NCBI GenBank assembly: GCA_020050435.1
Contig: JAGVKQ010000022.1
Coordinates: forward strand, 17,305 to 81,304
Reading direction: 5' to 3'
DNA length: 64,000 nt
DNA from: Candidatus Caenarcanales bacterium
GTDB taxonomy: Bacteria > Cyanobacteriota > Vampirovibrionia > 2-02-FULL-35-15
In this document: positions 29,780 to 39,159 of the stretch, piece by piece
How the letters are laid out: the number at the start of each line of letters is the position of its first letter
How positions within the stretch are numbered: position 1 is the stretch's first letter
The notes under the pieces: generated by a model
The model's database searches: none
What the model was told of the DNA's origin: nothing
What the model saw: only the letters and a program-made list of their open reading frames with translations
Made by a program: the position numbers and the translations under genes

Positions 29780-30266
29780 ACAAAAAACAATCTTAAACTT
29801 GTATGCTCTTACAATTTTTATAGCCTGCTTTTTATATGTTCCAATTAATTATAAGTACCCTAATCCTGAGGTTGTAAAAAACCAACAAAAAACTATTTCT
29901 GAACTAGCCACTCTCTTAAAAAAGAACCCTAATTTAGCCCCAGAAATCATTTCTCTATATTCCAAATATATCACTCCAATTCTTAAAGAAGCAAATAAGA
30001 GTGTGGGAGATTTTAAAATTCACTTTGGTTATTATCCAATTTGGAGTAATGCCTCTGAGGTAATATTAAACAAAATTACAGAGGATTATAATCGACAATA
30101 TGGTGCAAATATACCAAGAGAGAACATTGAAATTATTAAAAAAATAACCTCATCGGCAAAAATAAATTCATCAATAGACTTCAACAAGATTCTCATTGAA
30201 TTGATAGGATTAACAATTATTGCTGGAATTTTATTTATTCAAGCTGGTGAAAAAGATGAGAAGTAA
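29763..30266 (+). CDS. small membrane protein
   Basis: Two hydrophobic helices. Its start overlaps the upstream gene. Confidence 0.45.
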   Translation: MKFTNKQKTILNLYALTIFIACFLYVPINYKYPNPEVVKNQQKTISELATLLKKNPNLAPEIISLYSKYITPILKEANKSVGDFKIHFGYYPIWSNASEVILNKITEDYNRQYGANIPRENIEIIKKITSSAKINSSIDFNKILIELIGLTIIAGILFIQAGEKDEK

Positions 30267-30287
30267 AAATATGGGATTGTGTAGTAA

Positions 30288-30569
30288 TTGTATAGAGGAA
30301 GCGAGGAAATCATGAACGACTTTTTATTTTACTTGCTTCTATTCCTTATTGTAGGATTCCCTGTTAATCTTTGGGTAGTGTTTTCGATATTTCGCATAGT
30401 GTTCCCTGAAAACAGAGTGATAAATAATCCTACATTTATATTAGCTGGTTTTGTAGTCAGCCTAGTTTTGATGTGCTTCCTGTTTAATGCACCATTAGGG
30501 CCAAGTGTCGAGACCATGAAAGAAACTTTAAAGGAATATGAAAGGGAAGAAGAGGCAAGGGAGTTATGA
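30288..30569 (+). CDS. small membrane protein (2 TM)
   Basis: Hydrophobic helices are present. Confidence 0.4.
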   Translation: MYRGSEEIMNDFLFYLLLFLIVGFPVNLWVVFSIFRIVFPENRVINNPTFILAGFVVSLVLMCFLFNAPLGPSVETMKETLKEYEREEEAREL

Positions 30570-30610
30570 ATGATTTAGAAAAAGAAATAGTATATTTTTA
30601 ACTAGCAATT

Positions 30611-30640
30611 CCCCGCTGCTTGCGGCGGGGTTCTTCATTG
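30611..30640 (+). terminator. GC hairpin ccccgc-tgcttgcg-gcgggg followed by a T-rich tract
   Basis: A perfect 6-bp GC stem in AT-rich context, downstream of the small-gene run. Confidence 0.4.
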
Positions 30641-30657
30641 GAGCATATAATAAAAGT

Positions 30658-31137
30658 ATGAAATTCATCGAAAGCGATTTTCTTAAATTTGTTGTAGTTA
30701 TTCTTTCAATATCTTTATGCATGGTTAGCAGTGCTAACGCTCAATTTATTGACACAAAGTGGACTGTTGTTAAATCTGTAGGTGAAGCATGGTTTGAAAA
30801 ACCTAAAAATGTTATTGGAAAAACACAAGAATTTTACAAAGGTTGGGCAGATGGTTACTTTTTTCAGTGTGATTATGAGGGACAATCTGCTACATATACA
30901 AAATATTCTCTAAATCAATTTTTCAATAATCCTGAGTTTGAAATCTTTAAAAAAGAAAAAAACAACTTGTCATTTTCTGGTAAAAATATATTTGTTCATA
31001 GAATATCTTGCAATGGTAACAAAAGAATACTTTATCCCTTTGTTACAGTAGAGCCAGGTAATAAGGCTTATTATTTATTTGAAGGTGCTATATACATTTT
31101 AGAGTACAAAAAAAATTATAAGCAGAGAAAATATTGA
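30658..31137 (+). CDS. secreted hypothetical protein
   Basis: A signal peptide. Confidence 0.45.
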   Translation: MKFIESDFLKFVVVILSISLCMVSSANAQFIDTKWTVVKSVGEAWFEKPKNVIGKTQEFYKGWADGYFFQCDYEGQSATYTKYSLNQFFNNPEFEIFKKEKNNLSFSGKNIFVHRISCNGNKRILYPFVTVEPGNKAYYLFEGAIYILEYKKNYKQRKY

Positions 31138-31233
31138 TCATTTGCGGTTTCTATTTTTATTAACAACTAAAGCCATAATTAAAGCTATTTAAGGCTTATA
31201 ACTAATTAAACATAACCTGTTAAATTTAAACTA

Positions 31234-34113
31234 ATGCTGGAAAGGTTTACAACTGAAAATATAAATAAACTTGGTGATGAGAGTTTTGAGGAGTTATGCA
31301 AAGCTCTTTTATGCAAGGTAATAGGCCCAGGGATTAAGCCATTTGGTGCTGGTAAAGATGGGGCAAGAGAAGCTACATTTGAAGGTAAAGCTTCATACCC
31401 AAATGAACAATCTGCTTGGGGAGGCAAGTGGATATTTCAGGTTAAGTATGCTGACTATTCAGTTGATCCAAGTAAAGCAAGAACAAGAATTAAAGGATAC
31501 ATAGATTCTGAATTAGAAAAGATCAAAGACTATGGATATTTTAAAGATAATAAATGTGATAACTATATTCTTATTACTAATGTTCCCTTTACTGGTGAGA
31601 ATAAGGTGGGAATGCATGACAAAATATCAGAAAAGATACAAGAAATTGAAAATAACTTTCCTGGTAAAAAAATTGATTACTGGGATGGTGAACAAATAAG
31701 AAATTATTTAAGAGCATATCCTGACTTGAAGGAAGAATTTTTTCCATCCATTTCTCAAAAAATACTAGATGAAGTTATTAAGCAGAATCAAACTAGTATT
31801 AGGGTAGAACAAAAGTTAGATGCTACTGGTAACAACAAAGATAAACTTGAATTAATATCTTCACAAATAAGTGAATCAAAGTCATTAATTGATAATAACA
31901 AACCAGGTTCAGCATTGATAATTTTAGAAAAGGTACAAGAAAGGTTTTTAAATGTTTTAGATGATGAAAGTAAGTTTAAATTGTTTACCAATATAGGTGT
32001 AGCAAAATCTAAATTTATCAAAGATGGTTCTGAACTAACATTTAAGAGGCATATAGCACAATGCTTTGATGATGCATTAAAAATTAAACCAAATGATGAA
32101 AAAGCATTATGCAATGCAGCTATTGGAAATCAAATGATAGGAAATGATAAAAGAGCTAATGAGTTAGCTATGAAAGTCTTAGAAATAAACAACTCCTCAG
32201 ATAAGGCTTTTTCAATAATAGTTAATTCCTTAAGTAAGAGAGGAAAACTATTAGAAGATATCCTGAATGAAATTCCTGAAAAATATCATAGCCAACCAAG
32301 AACTGCATGTAGTATAGGTACTTCTCTGTTTATAAAAGATAAAGTAAAGGATGCTAGAGATTGGTATGAAAAATCTATCAATAGCAGAAATGAGTCAGAT
32401 GAAGACTTGGCAAAAAAACTATATTCTACAGCTACTGTTCAATTGGCAATCAATGAAAAGAAACATAAAGGATTTGTTTCTGAAGTTTTAAAAAAAGACT
32501 TAGAAAAGTCAATTAATTATTTAACAGAGATATGGAAAAAGTTTTATAAGACAGAACTAATGCATCTGTATATTGATGTTCTTGGTGAAAGAGCAAATGC
32601 TAAGCACTATTTAGGAGAAACAAAAGAAGCAATTAGAGATATGGATTTTGCATTAGAGCAGGAGCCAGATAATCTCTTAGTTTTAGTTAATAAAGCAAAT
32701 ATGGAGCTTTCAATAGGAGAAATTAGTAATAAGACTATAGAAAAAGTTGAAAAGGTTTACAAAGGTAGTGGGCATGATCAACTCCCACTGTTATTAATAG
32801 ATTTATTGGTTGTTGCAGGAAAAGAAAAAGATGCCATTCCTCTTACTGAACAATATATCTTAGATTACCCAAATAACTTATACATAGAAGACATTAAACA
32901 AAAACTAGTAGTTTTGTATTTAAGAAGGAGTACGAAAGAATCCTTGGAGAAGGCTAAGGCTCTCAACAAAGAATTGATAAAGCAAAATCCAAAGTCTATA
33001 TTACACTTTATTGATGAAGCAGAAATAAAAAGGGTTGAAGGAGCTGATGGTAAAAGCTCGCTGTTAGTAGCAATAAAAAGTGTTAGTGATGAAGCACTAT
33101 CTGGAGAACTGCTTTCACTGGCTGAAACGCTATTTAAGTTTGGCTTATTTAAAGAAGCTGCTGATATTTATAGCAGGATTACAGATTTGAACATTCCTAG
33201 CCCAAATTTGGAAAAATTGTTATCTGCCTTATCAAGATCTGATCAAGGAAATGAAGCTATGAACATATGTAGAAATTTGCGTTTAATTCATGGTCCGCTG
33301 ATTGGATATTCAGATGAAGAAGCAAGACGCTTAATAAATAAAGGTGTAAAAGAAAATAAAAAAGAATTGATTGAAACTGCAAGAGATATTTTTGAAAAAC
33401 TTATAGAGAAGCATGATAATGACATTTGGCTGAAAATTAACAAAGCAACTTGTGATTTTCACTTAGAAGATTTTAGTAAACTCAATACTTTCCTTGAGAG
33501 TGACATTAATATGGATTCATTCGATGAAGAAATGTTTGTTAATCTTTCAGTAATGCTTCTTCAGCGTAACTATTTTGAAAAAGCTGTTCATGTAATTTAT
33601 GAGGGATGGCGTAGATATCCAACTAGCTTAATAATTGGAGATAAATACAATGCAATATTTCTGTATTCATCTAGTCATTTAAATATTGAAGAATTTAGAA
33701 AAATCCAAAAAGCTAATTATGGTTGTGCCATATGTATAGAAGGGGAGAGGAATAAAGATCAATGGTTCTTAATTGAAAATAGGCAGGATATAAGACAAGA
33801 GATTAATGAAATAAATATGAGTAAAAGTAAAAGTTTAGTTGAGCAATTTTTAGGAAAGTCTATTGGCGATGAAGTTACTATAGGTGGAACTCTTGGATTA
33901 TCTAATAAAAGAAAAATTAAAGATATAATCCATAAATATGCTTATGCTTTTGACAAATGTGTGGAATATACAGATATTCATAATCCATCTGGCACTCAAA
34001 TGGTAAGAGCACATATAGATGAGAATATTACACCAGAGGACTTTATTTCACTATTAAATCAATCTGTGGAAGAAATGAAGAAAAGAACATCAAGCAACGA
34101 AGATATTGAATAA
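31234..34113 (+). CDS. Mrr-type restriction endonuclease (PD-(D/E)xK) N-domain fused to a long TPR-like repeat array (959 aa)
   Basis: The N-terminal ~160 aa are collinear with the Mrr catalytic-domain pattern (GDESFEELCKALL…GAGKDGAREATFEG…WIFQVKY…NYILITNVPFTGENK…IDYWDGEQI). The remainder is helical repeat sequence with TPR-like periodicity. No Walker A motif was found. Confidence 0.6.
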   Translation: MLERFTTENINKLGDESFEELCKALLCKVIGPGIKPFGAGKDGAREATFEGKASYPNEQSAWGGKWIFQVKYADYSVDPSKARTRIKGYIDSELEKIKDYGYFKDNKCDNYILITNVPFTGENKVGMHDKISEKIQEIENNFPGKKIDYWDGEQIRNYLRAYPDLKEEFFPSISQKILDEVIKQNQTSIRVEQKLDATGNNKDKLELISSQISESKSLIDNNKPGSALIILEKVQERFLNVLDDESKFKLFTNIGVAKSKFIKDGSELTFKRHIAQCFDDALKIKPNDEKALCNAAIGNQMIGNDKRANELAMKVLEINNSSDKAFSIIVNSLSKRGKLLEDILNEIPEKYHSQPRTACSIGTSLFIKDKVKDARDWYEKSINSRNESDEDLAKKLYSTATVQLAINEKKHKGFVSEVLKKDLEKSINYLTEIWKKFYKTELMHLYIDVLGERANAKHYLGETKEAIRDMDFALEQEPDNLLVLVNKANMELSIGEISNKTIEKVEKVYKGSGHDQLPLLLIDLLVVAGKEKDAIPLTEQYILDYPNNLYIEDIKQKLVVLYLRRSTKESLEKAKALNKELIKQNPKSILHFIDEAEIKRVEGADGKSSLLVAIKSVSDEALSGELLSLAETLFKFGLFKEAADIYSRITDLNIPSPNLEKLLSALSRSDQGNEAMNICRNLRLIHGPLIGYSDEEARRLINKGVKENKKELIETARDIFEKLIEKHDNDIWLKINKATCDFHLEDFSKLNTFLESDINMDSFDEEMFVNLSVMLLQRNYFEKAVHVIYEGWRRYPTSLIIGDKYNAIFLYSSSHLNIEEFRKIQKANYGCAICIEGERNKDQWFLIENRQDIRQEINEINMSKSKSLVEQFLGKSIGDEVTIGGTLGLSNKRKIKDIIHKYAYAFDKCVEYTDIHNPSGTQMVRAHIDENITPEDFISLLNQSVEEMKKRTSSNEDIE

Positions 34114-34131
34114 CTAATATAGGTATTAATT

Positions 34132-35484
34132 ATGGATGACAAAGAAAAATTTATAAATAGAATTATTAATAGCATTCTTAAGCCAATAGAAGAAAGACAT
34201 AAAGAAAATATATATAGTGAAATATTTGAAGTGGTTTGCTATGACTTAGGATTAAATGCTAATGATTTAATTGCAGAAGAAAATAAGTTCAATTTGGGAG
34301 GAGTTTTCACTCACATACCTTCTTTATCAGACATAGCAAATGGTGATTTTAATACTGTTCTAGAAATAATTGAATCAATTTATGCATATTTCAACTTTTC
34401 TCCTGAAATTCAATCGGAAATATCCTCCAAAGTATTTTCTGCACTAGAACTTGCTAAAGATGCTTTGGGTATTAAATGGAAAAATGGAAGCTTTATAAGA
34501 GAAAGTACAAGTAATGCAATTAAAGAAGAAATATCCTTTATTGTTAACAACGAAAGAAACAAGTTTATTGAAAGAGTAGCATCAAAGATATTTGAAGAAA
34601 TTCAAAGAAGACCAAACTACAAAGAATTGCTAAGTGAAGCTTGTTTCTATTTAGGGATAAATTTAAAAAGTAAGATAAAAAAAAGATTTACAGGGTTAGG
34701 GACTAATACTTATTACCCTCATTTAGTAGATTTAGTTAAAAGTAATTTTGTAGAGGCAGTAAAGTTAATTATTTTTTTGTTAGAATATTTTGAAGATGAC
34801 AAAACTACAAAAGATAAAATACTACAATATTTAGATCTATCTTTATCTCTTTCGCCAATTGATATAGGCATTAAACTAAAAGATTTTAAATTGCTTTTTT
34901 CAGGCTCAGATGAAGTTATAAATATTAAAAATATTAATAATTTAGATAGAATCCAAGATATAACAATAGACGAATTCAGTAGAAAGGCAAACGAAAAACC
35001 TTTAAGATTACATATAGATGACATCTTTTCATTTGCCCAAGTAAAAAATATTAAAGTAAGCGATATTAAGGATCTACTTCCTATATCTCTACTTGAAGAT
35101 GAAATTCAAAAGCATTTTGAAGATATTATTGCTGAGCCTGACCATAAAAAAGATTGGGGTGGTGAAATTAATGATTTATACACATCTCGTTTACAAATTA
35201 TAGAAGGGAAAAGAGTTACAGCTGCCTTTGCTTTGAAAGGACGTGGAACTCCTGGAAGATTACGAATAAAAAATTGTGGTAAAAATGGAGATCAGCTTTT
35301 AAGACTTTTTGAATCGCCAGCTATACTTTTTGTAATTCAACATATAGGTGTAATAACAGAAGAAGTTATAAAGGATGTAGAAGGCAAAACAGCACTTTTA
35401 AGATACAAAGGTATTGAGGCATATTATTGTATTATTGATGGACATGATACGGTAAGAATTTTGAAAGCCTACAATAAACTATAA
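34132..35484 (+). CDS. hypothetical protein (450 aa), tightly linked to the Mrr-TPR gene
   Basis: It starts 18 bp after the upstream stop. The C-terminal region has a weak D…ExK-like arrangement (…EINDLYTSRLQIIEGKR…); no confident domain call. Confidence 0.5.
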   Translation: MDDKEKFINRIINSILKPIEERHKENIYSEIFEVVCYDLGLNANDLIAEENKFNLGGVFTHIPSLSDIANGDFNTVLEIIESIYAYFNFSPEIQSEISSKVFSALELAKDALGIKWKNGSFIRESTSNAIKEEISFIVNNERNKFIERVASKIFEEIQRRPNYKELLSEACFYLGINLKSKIKKRFTGLGTNTYYPHLVDLVKSNFVEAVKLIIFLLEYFEDDKTTKDKILQYLDLSLSLSPIDIGIKLKDFKLLFSGSDEVINIKNINNLDRIQDITIDEFSRKANEKPLRLHIDDIFSFAQVKNIKVSDIKDLLPISLLEDEIQKHFEDIIAEPDHKKDWGGEINDLYTSRLQIIEGKRVTAAFALKGRGTPGRLRIKNCGKNGDQLLRLFESPAILFVIQHIGVITEEVIKDVEGKTALLRYKGIEAYYCIIDGHDTVRILKAYNKL

Positions 35485-35851
35485 ATATCCTCAGTCAAGG
35501 AAATACCCTATGCTACCAAGCCATCCAAATGACCCCTTGCACCCAAATACCCTGGGGTGATTTATGTTCATAAGGACTTTAAATAGTGTAAGCAGAAGTA
35601 GGGTAGAAAATTAAACAAATTACTATTTACCATCTCAAGTCTCAAGCGGGGACTCTATAACCGAAGCCCGCTATATCAAACCCAATACCCAAATACCTGG
35701 GGGGCTGTTATATCCATAGTGTTTGAAAAGTAACCTGTTTCAAAGCAATAGTAATGGACTGCTACTCCTAAAAACACTATGCTTTTTAGGAGTAAGGTAG
35801 GAGACTTAAGCCACATCTCTATAATCAGGAATATACAAATGCCCCTTATGA

Positions 35852-35901
35852 TTTATAATTGCAGTTCTAACACGTTCTAGGGTGTTGCCCATTTTTTATT
35901 C
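35852..35901 (+). promoter_or_regulatory. conserved ~50-bp upstream element, copy A (…ataattg…ttctaacacgttctagggtgttgcccattttttattc)
   Basis: A homologous copy B lies at 38041-38101. Both lie 80-120 bp upstream of + strand genes (36019, 38184). Confidence 0.45.
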
Positions 35902-36018
35902 TTTATGATGTTTTACTGTTTCATTAAAAAATGTAATCTAAATATCTAAATTTCTTAATATTTATAGCTTGACTTTGTATTTTTTATTGTTTATTCTCAA
36001 ATTAAATGACCATATATT

Positions 36019-37041
36019 ATGAGTAAATTAACTATATTACCTTTGGATAGGTATCTTTCATTGGCATGGTTTCATCTGGTAAGGAGTTGTGAACCATCCA
36101 CTAATCGTGTAGCTGTTGATTTTGACCAGACTTTTCCATCTGAAAGATTGGAAGAATTGGTTAGTCATACGCAAAGTGGAGGTAATGATGGAATGTTACC
36201 TTTTCGAGCGGTGGGTTATACAAAAGCAGACTATGCAAACTTAGTAGGAGTGGAAAGCTTTAGACAATTAAGAGAAACTCTTGCTAAATTAGCAAATCCA
36301 AATGAAACAGAAGAAATACTATCTTTAATTTTAGAAACAAAAGCAGCAGCAAGAAACATTGAACCTAAAACATTTTTCTCAACTAATGGAACTCCTATTA
36401 ATACTTGGGAATTTGTTGAGATGTTTCCTCAATTTACAGATTTACGCTATATTGAATATCTTGACCCTAATACTATTTTGCGAATACAAGAGCATGCAAG
36501 AAGATATTTGTTTCGTGAATATAAAATAGATAAAACTGGAGAACCCTCTGGAGCTGAAAGATTACTTCTTGCAAATGAAGGTGATGAGGGTTTGTATAAA
36601 TCTGCTGCAGTTGGTTTTAAAAGAAGTGTGCCTCTAGATACGCAGCAATTTTTTTTAGACTTAAATTACAATTTAAAATATGCTCAAGATATTCTTACTA
36701 GCAGGATTCATAAGAGAAAAGATGGAGTCATGGTAGATTCAATAATGACAGGACCTCTTTTTGGTGATGATACGAATTCAGATATTAGGTGGATTAGTCT
36801 TTGGGTAAAGAATGATCTCCTGGCATTATTTAAGAACATTCAATTTAAAAGAAAAGAAGAATTAGCTGATGAAATCACTTCTACTATTTGGAGAATAACA
36901 GCAGAAGTAGATTTAGAACAAGCAACCCAACTCGCAGATAGAGAAATGAGGGGTCAAATTGAAAGATTCGATATAGATCAAGCCAGTATTTATATACTCA
37001 GGGAGTTATACAATATTGTTCTAAAAATGAAACAAGCATAA
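36019..37041 (+). CDS. hypothetical protein (340 aa), locally higher GC
   Basis: ORF with no motifs. Confidence 0.5.
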   Translation: MSKLTILPLDRYLSLAWFHLVRSCEPSTNRVAVDFDQTFPSERLEELVSHTQSGGNDGMLPFRAVGYTKADYANLVGVESFRQLRETLAKLANPNETEEILSLILETKAAARNIEPKTFFSTNGTPINTWEFVEMFPQFTDLRYIEYLDPNTILRIQEHARRYLFREYKIDKTGEPSGAERLLLANEGDEGLYKSAAVGFKRSVPLDTQQFFLDLNYNLKYAQDILTSRIHKRKDGVMVDSIMTGPLFGDDTNSDIRWISLWVKNDLLALFKNIQFKRKEELADEITSTIWRITAEVDLEQATQLADREMRGQIERFDIDQASIYILRELYNIVLKMKQA

Positions 37042-37071
37042 TATAAGTAAAACTAGTTTTTAGCAATTAAT

Positions 37072-37965
37072 TCAACTCTTCTGTCCTACACCATGAGATG
37101 ACATCATCTCTATCAAACACTGAGTGGGCACAGCAGCAGGAGTAAAATCCACATCAGATATTCTAATAGCGCCATGTTGCAACCCAACTACATTTCCATT
37201 TATATCTACTAATGGACCACCACTAAATCCTGCACTGCTAAATGCATTATGAATAATATGTTCTGTTGATTCTTTTTTCTGCATTTTTTCAAAAGAACCA
37301 ATTGTAATTAATTGTTCACCTTGCATAAGAATTGGATTTCCAATTAAGAATAAAGGCTCCTCTCTATCAGTAGGAATTTGTGGTGAAATTGACAGATGTT
37401 CATTTGTTATATCAGCAATTTCTGGAATTCTAATTAAAGCCATATCAGGTTTATAGGAGTCCATATAAAATGCTCTTTCTGCTAAATGGATAAGCTTTGC
37501 TCCATTGATTTTAACTTTTCTTTTTCCACCGATAATAATTTCAGTCTGCAATTTTGAAAGTAGTTCTCTATCTCTTTCAAAATTATTTTCACATCTAGTT
37601 TCAAATCTTGTATGACCTGGGCGAGTATCTATAAGATCACTTATTACATGGCTGTTTGTAATAATGTATCCATTTTCTGCTGCAATAAATCCTGTTCCAT
37701 ACCAATTATGGTTACTATGATCTCCACAAAACCGAACACTTAAATCATGTGCTCTGCATACATTTTGAAATGCTTTATCGCCGGCTAAATCCTCTCTTCT
37801 GAAAAAGTAAAACCCTATATTTTTATTTGCTAAATCACTTTCTTTTAAAGCTCTTGGTGCATATTGAGGTCTCATAGCGACATGACTTTTTCTAAGTGAT
37901 CCTTGTAAAAAATCAGCATTGGTAGTGGGTCCTGCTGTTCTAATTGTAGGTCTTTGAATTTTCAT
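37072..37965 (-). CDS. trypsin-like (S1 family) serine peptidase without a recognisable signal peptide
   Basis: A His-motif region (TNSHVISD) and the Ser motif GFSGGPLV (GDSGGP-like). The N-terminus is hydrophilic. Confidence 0.65.
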   Translation of the reverse strand: MKIQRPTIRTAGPTTNADFLQGSLRKSHVAMRPQYAPRALKESDLANKNIGFYFFRREDLAGDKAFQNVCRAHDLSVRFCGDHSNHNWYGTGFIAAENGYIITNSHVISDLIDTRPGHTRFETRCENNFERDRELLSKLQTEIIIGGKRKVKINGAKLIHLAERAFYMDSYKPDMALIRIPEIADITNEHLSISPQIPTDREEPLFLIGNPILMQGEQLITIGSFEKMQKKESTEHIIHNAFSSAGFSGGPLVDINGNVVGLQHGAIRISDVDFTPAAVPTQCLIEMMSSHGVGQKS

Positions 37966-38040
37966 ATTAAATTAGCCGTTCAATTCCATTGAAGCAAAAA
38001 CTTAAAGTCTTAATCAAGTTTTTAAGATTAAATTCTTTTA

Positions 38041-38101
38041 ATAATTGAACTCGCTGCCGCCGCTGCTCTAACAAGCTCTACAGTGTTGCCCATATTTATT
38101 C
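38041..38101 (+). promoter_or_regulatory. conserved upstream element, copy B (ataattg…gctctaacaagctctacagtgttgcccatatttattc)
   Basis: Matches copy A in three blocks: ataattg, ctctaaca, gtgttgcccat…tttattc. Confidence 0.45.
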
Positions 38102-38183
38102 ATTTACTTATAAATTTGTCAAATCTTCAACACAGTTTAGTAATTAATACTAAGGGGTAGAACTACCTTGGAGGGTTATACCT

Positions 38184-38834
38184 ATGTTTATATTAGAAGT
38201 ATCGCTAAATGGAAACGGAAATGGAAAATCACAGGCCGACTACAATAGAGAATCAGATCAGGGATTAAGAATTCTTAAAGAAGCTACACAAGAATCATCA
38301 ATTTTAAAATGCAAAACCAATTCTTCTAAGATATATAATTTTGCTAAAGAATTTAAAAATCTTCCAACAGATGCACAATTAACTGTTGCAAAATTAATGC
38401 AATGCAGTGTATTGAAAAATAAAGGACTCTCCGCAGAAGAGATTATAGAAAACCCAGAGTTGATTGAAAGAACTCTTTCTGCACCACAGGAACAAGCTCC
38501 TAATGCTGACACTGAAACATGTAATAAGATGAAGCTAATAAATGTAGATAGAAAATTACACAACTTGAAAAAGTATAAGACTTCATTACAAGCATATTAC
38601 AATATGCATGATACTAAGGAAGTTCCTTTTTCATTACCCCAGATAGAGATGCAGATTAGAATGTTTGAAACACTTGAGGAATCAGGTGTAAAAGATATAA
38701 ATCTTCCCTTAAAATCTGTTGAGCAGGAATTAAATGAAGCATCTAAGATATTAAGATCATTGGAAAGGCAAAATGAAGCTCAGGCAAAGGTTATAAGTGA
38801 AATGAAAAAAGCTTTGCTAGAGTACAACTTATAG
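38184..38834 (+). CDS. hypothetical coiled-coil protein
   Basis: ORF only. Confidence 0.45.
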   Translation: MFILEVSLNGNGNGKSQADYNRESDQGLRILKEATQESSILKCKTNSSKIYNFAKEFKNLPTDAQLTVAKLMQCSVLKNKGLSAEEIIENPELIERTLSAPQEQAPNADTETCNKMKLINVDRKLHNLKKYKTSLQAYYNMHDTKEVPFSLPQIEMQIRMFETLEESGVKDINLPLKSVEQELNEASKILRSLERQNEAQAKVISEMKKALLEYNL

Positions 38835-39159
38835 ATTCTAAGCCAACTCGTTTAATATTCCTTTGATGCTTCCAAAAAAGGAGCTTCTAGTTTGTTTGCC
38901 TTTAAGTTCTTCTTTTATGGCAAATTTCGCCCCATCACAAAGCTTCTTAGCTAATGGTTTTGTGGTAAATAGCCTTTTTGTTATTAAGCCAGCCAATTTT
39001 AAAAATGCATTCATATTTTGAGCATAATAAATTATTTTTAAGGAGTTATTAAGCTAAATACTAAATTAAAAAAAATTAATCTTTATGTAGATTGCTTGCC
39101 CCATGTTAATACTTGTCAATATTTTAAGACTCCATCCCTTTTATAAGCAGGGGTGAATT

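Larger units (their letters stand above)
22756..39112. mobile_element. putative integrative element or genomic island inserted at the tRNA-His 3' end; the right boundary is uncertain and the element may be composite
   Basis: The integrase overlaps the tRNA 3' end. A Xis-like ORF, a primase-polymerase/ATPase and an XRE repressor with operators follow. The cargo is all unknown function, and core-like genes (DAACS symporter etc.) resume after about 40.1 kb. Confidence 0.45.

Noticed and set aside
35687-35720. tmRNA 5' end: ggggctg resembles the tmRNA start GGGGCUGAUUCUGG
   Set aside because: Only a 7-mer matches. No tRNA-like 3' domain (…TCCACCA) and no tag-peptide reading frame are found nearby.
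35871-35895. Sigma-54 promoter in the conserved upstream element (GG … GC)
   Set aside because: The GG to GC spacing is 7 rather than the required ~10-11 nt, and copy B lacks the GG.
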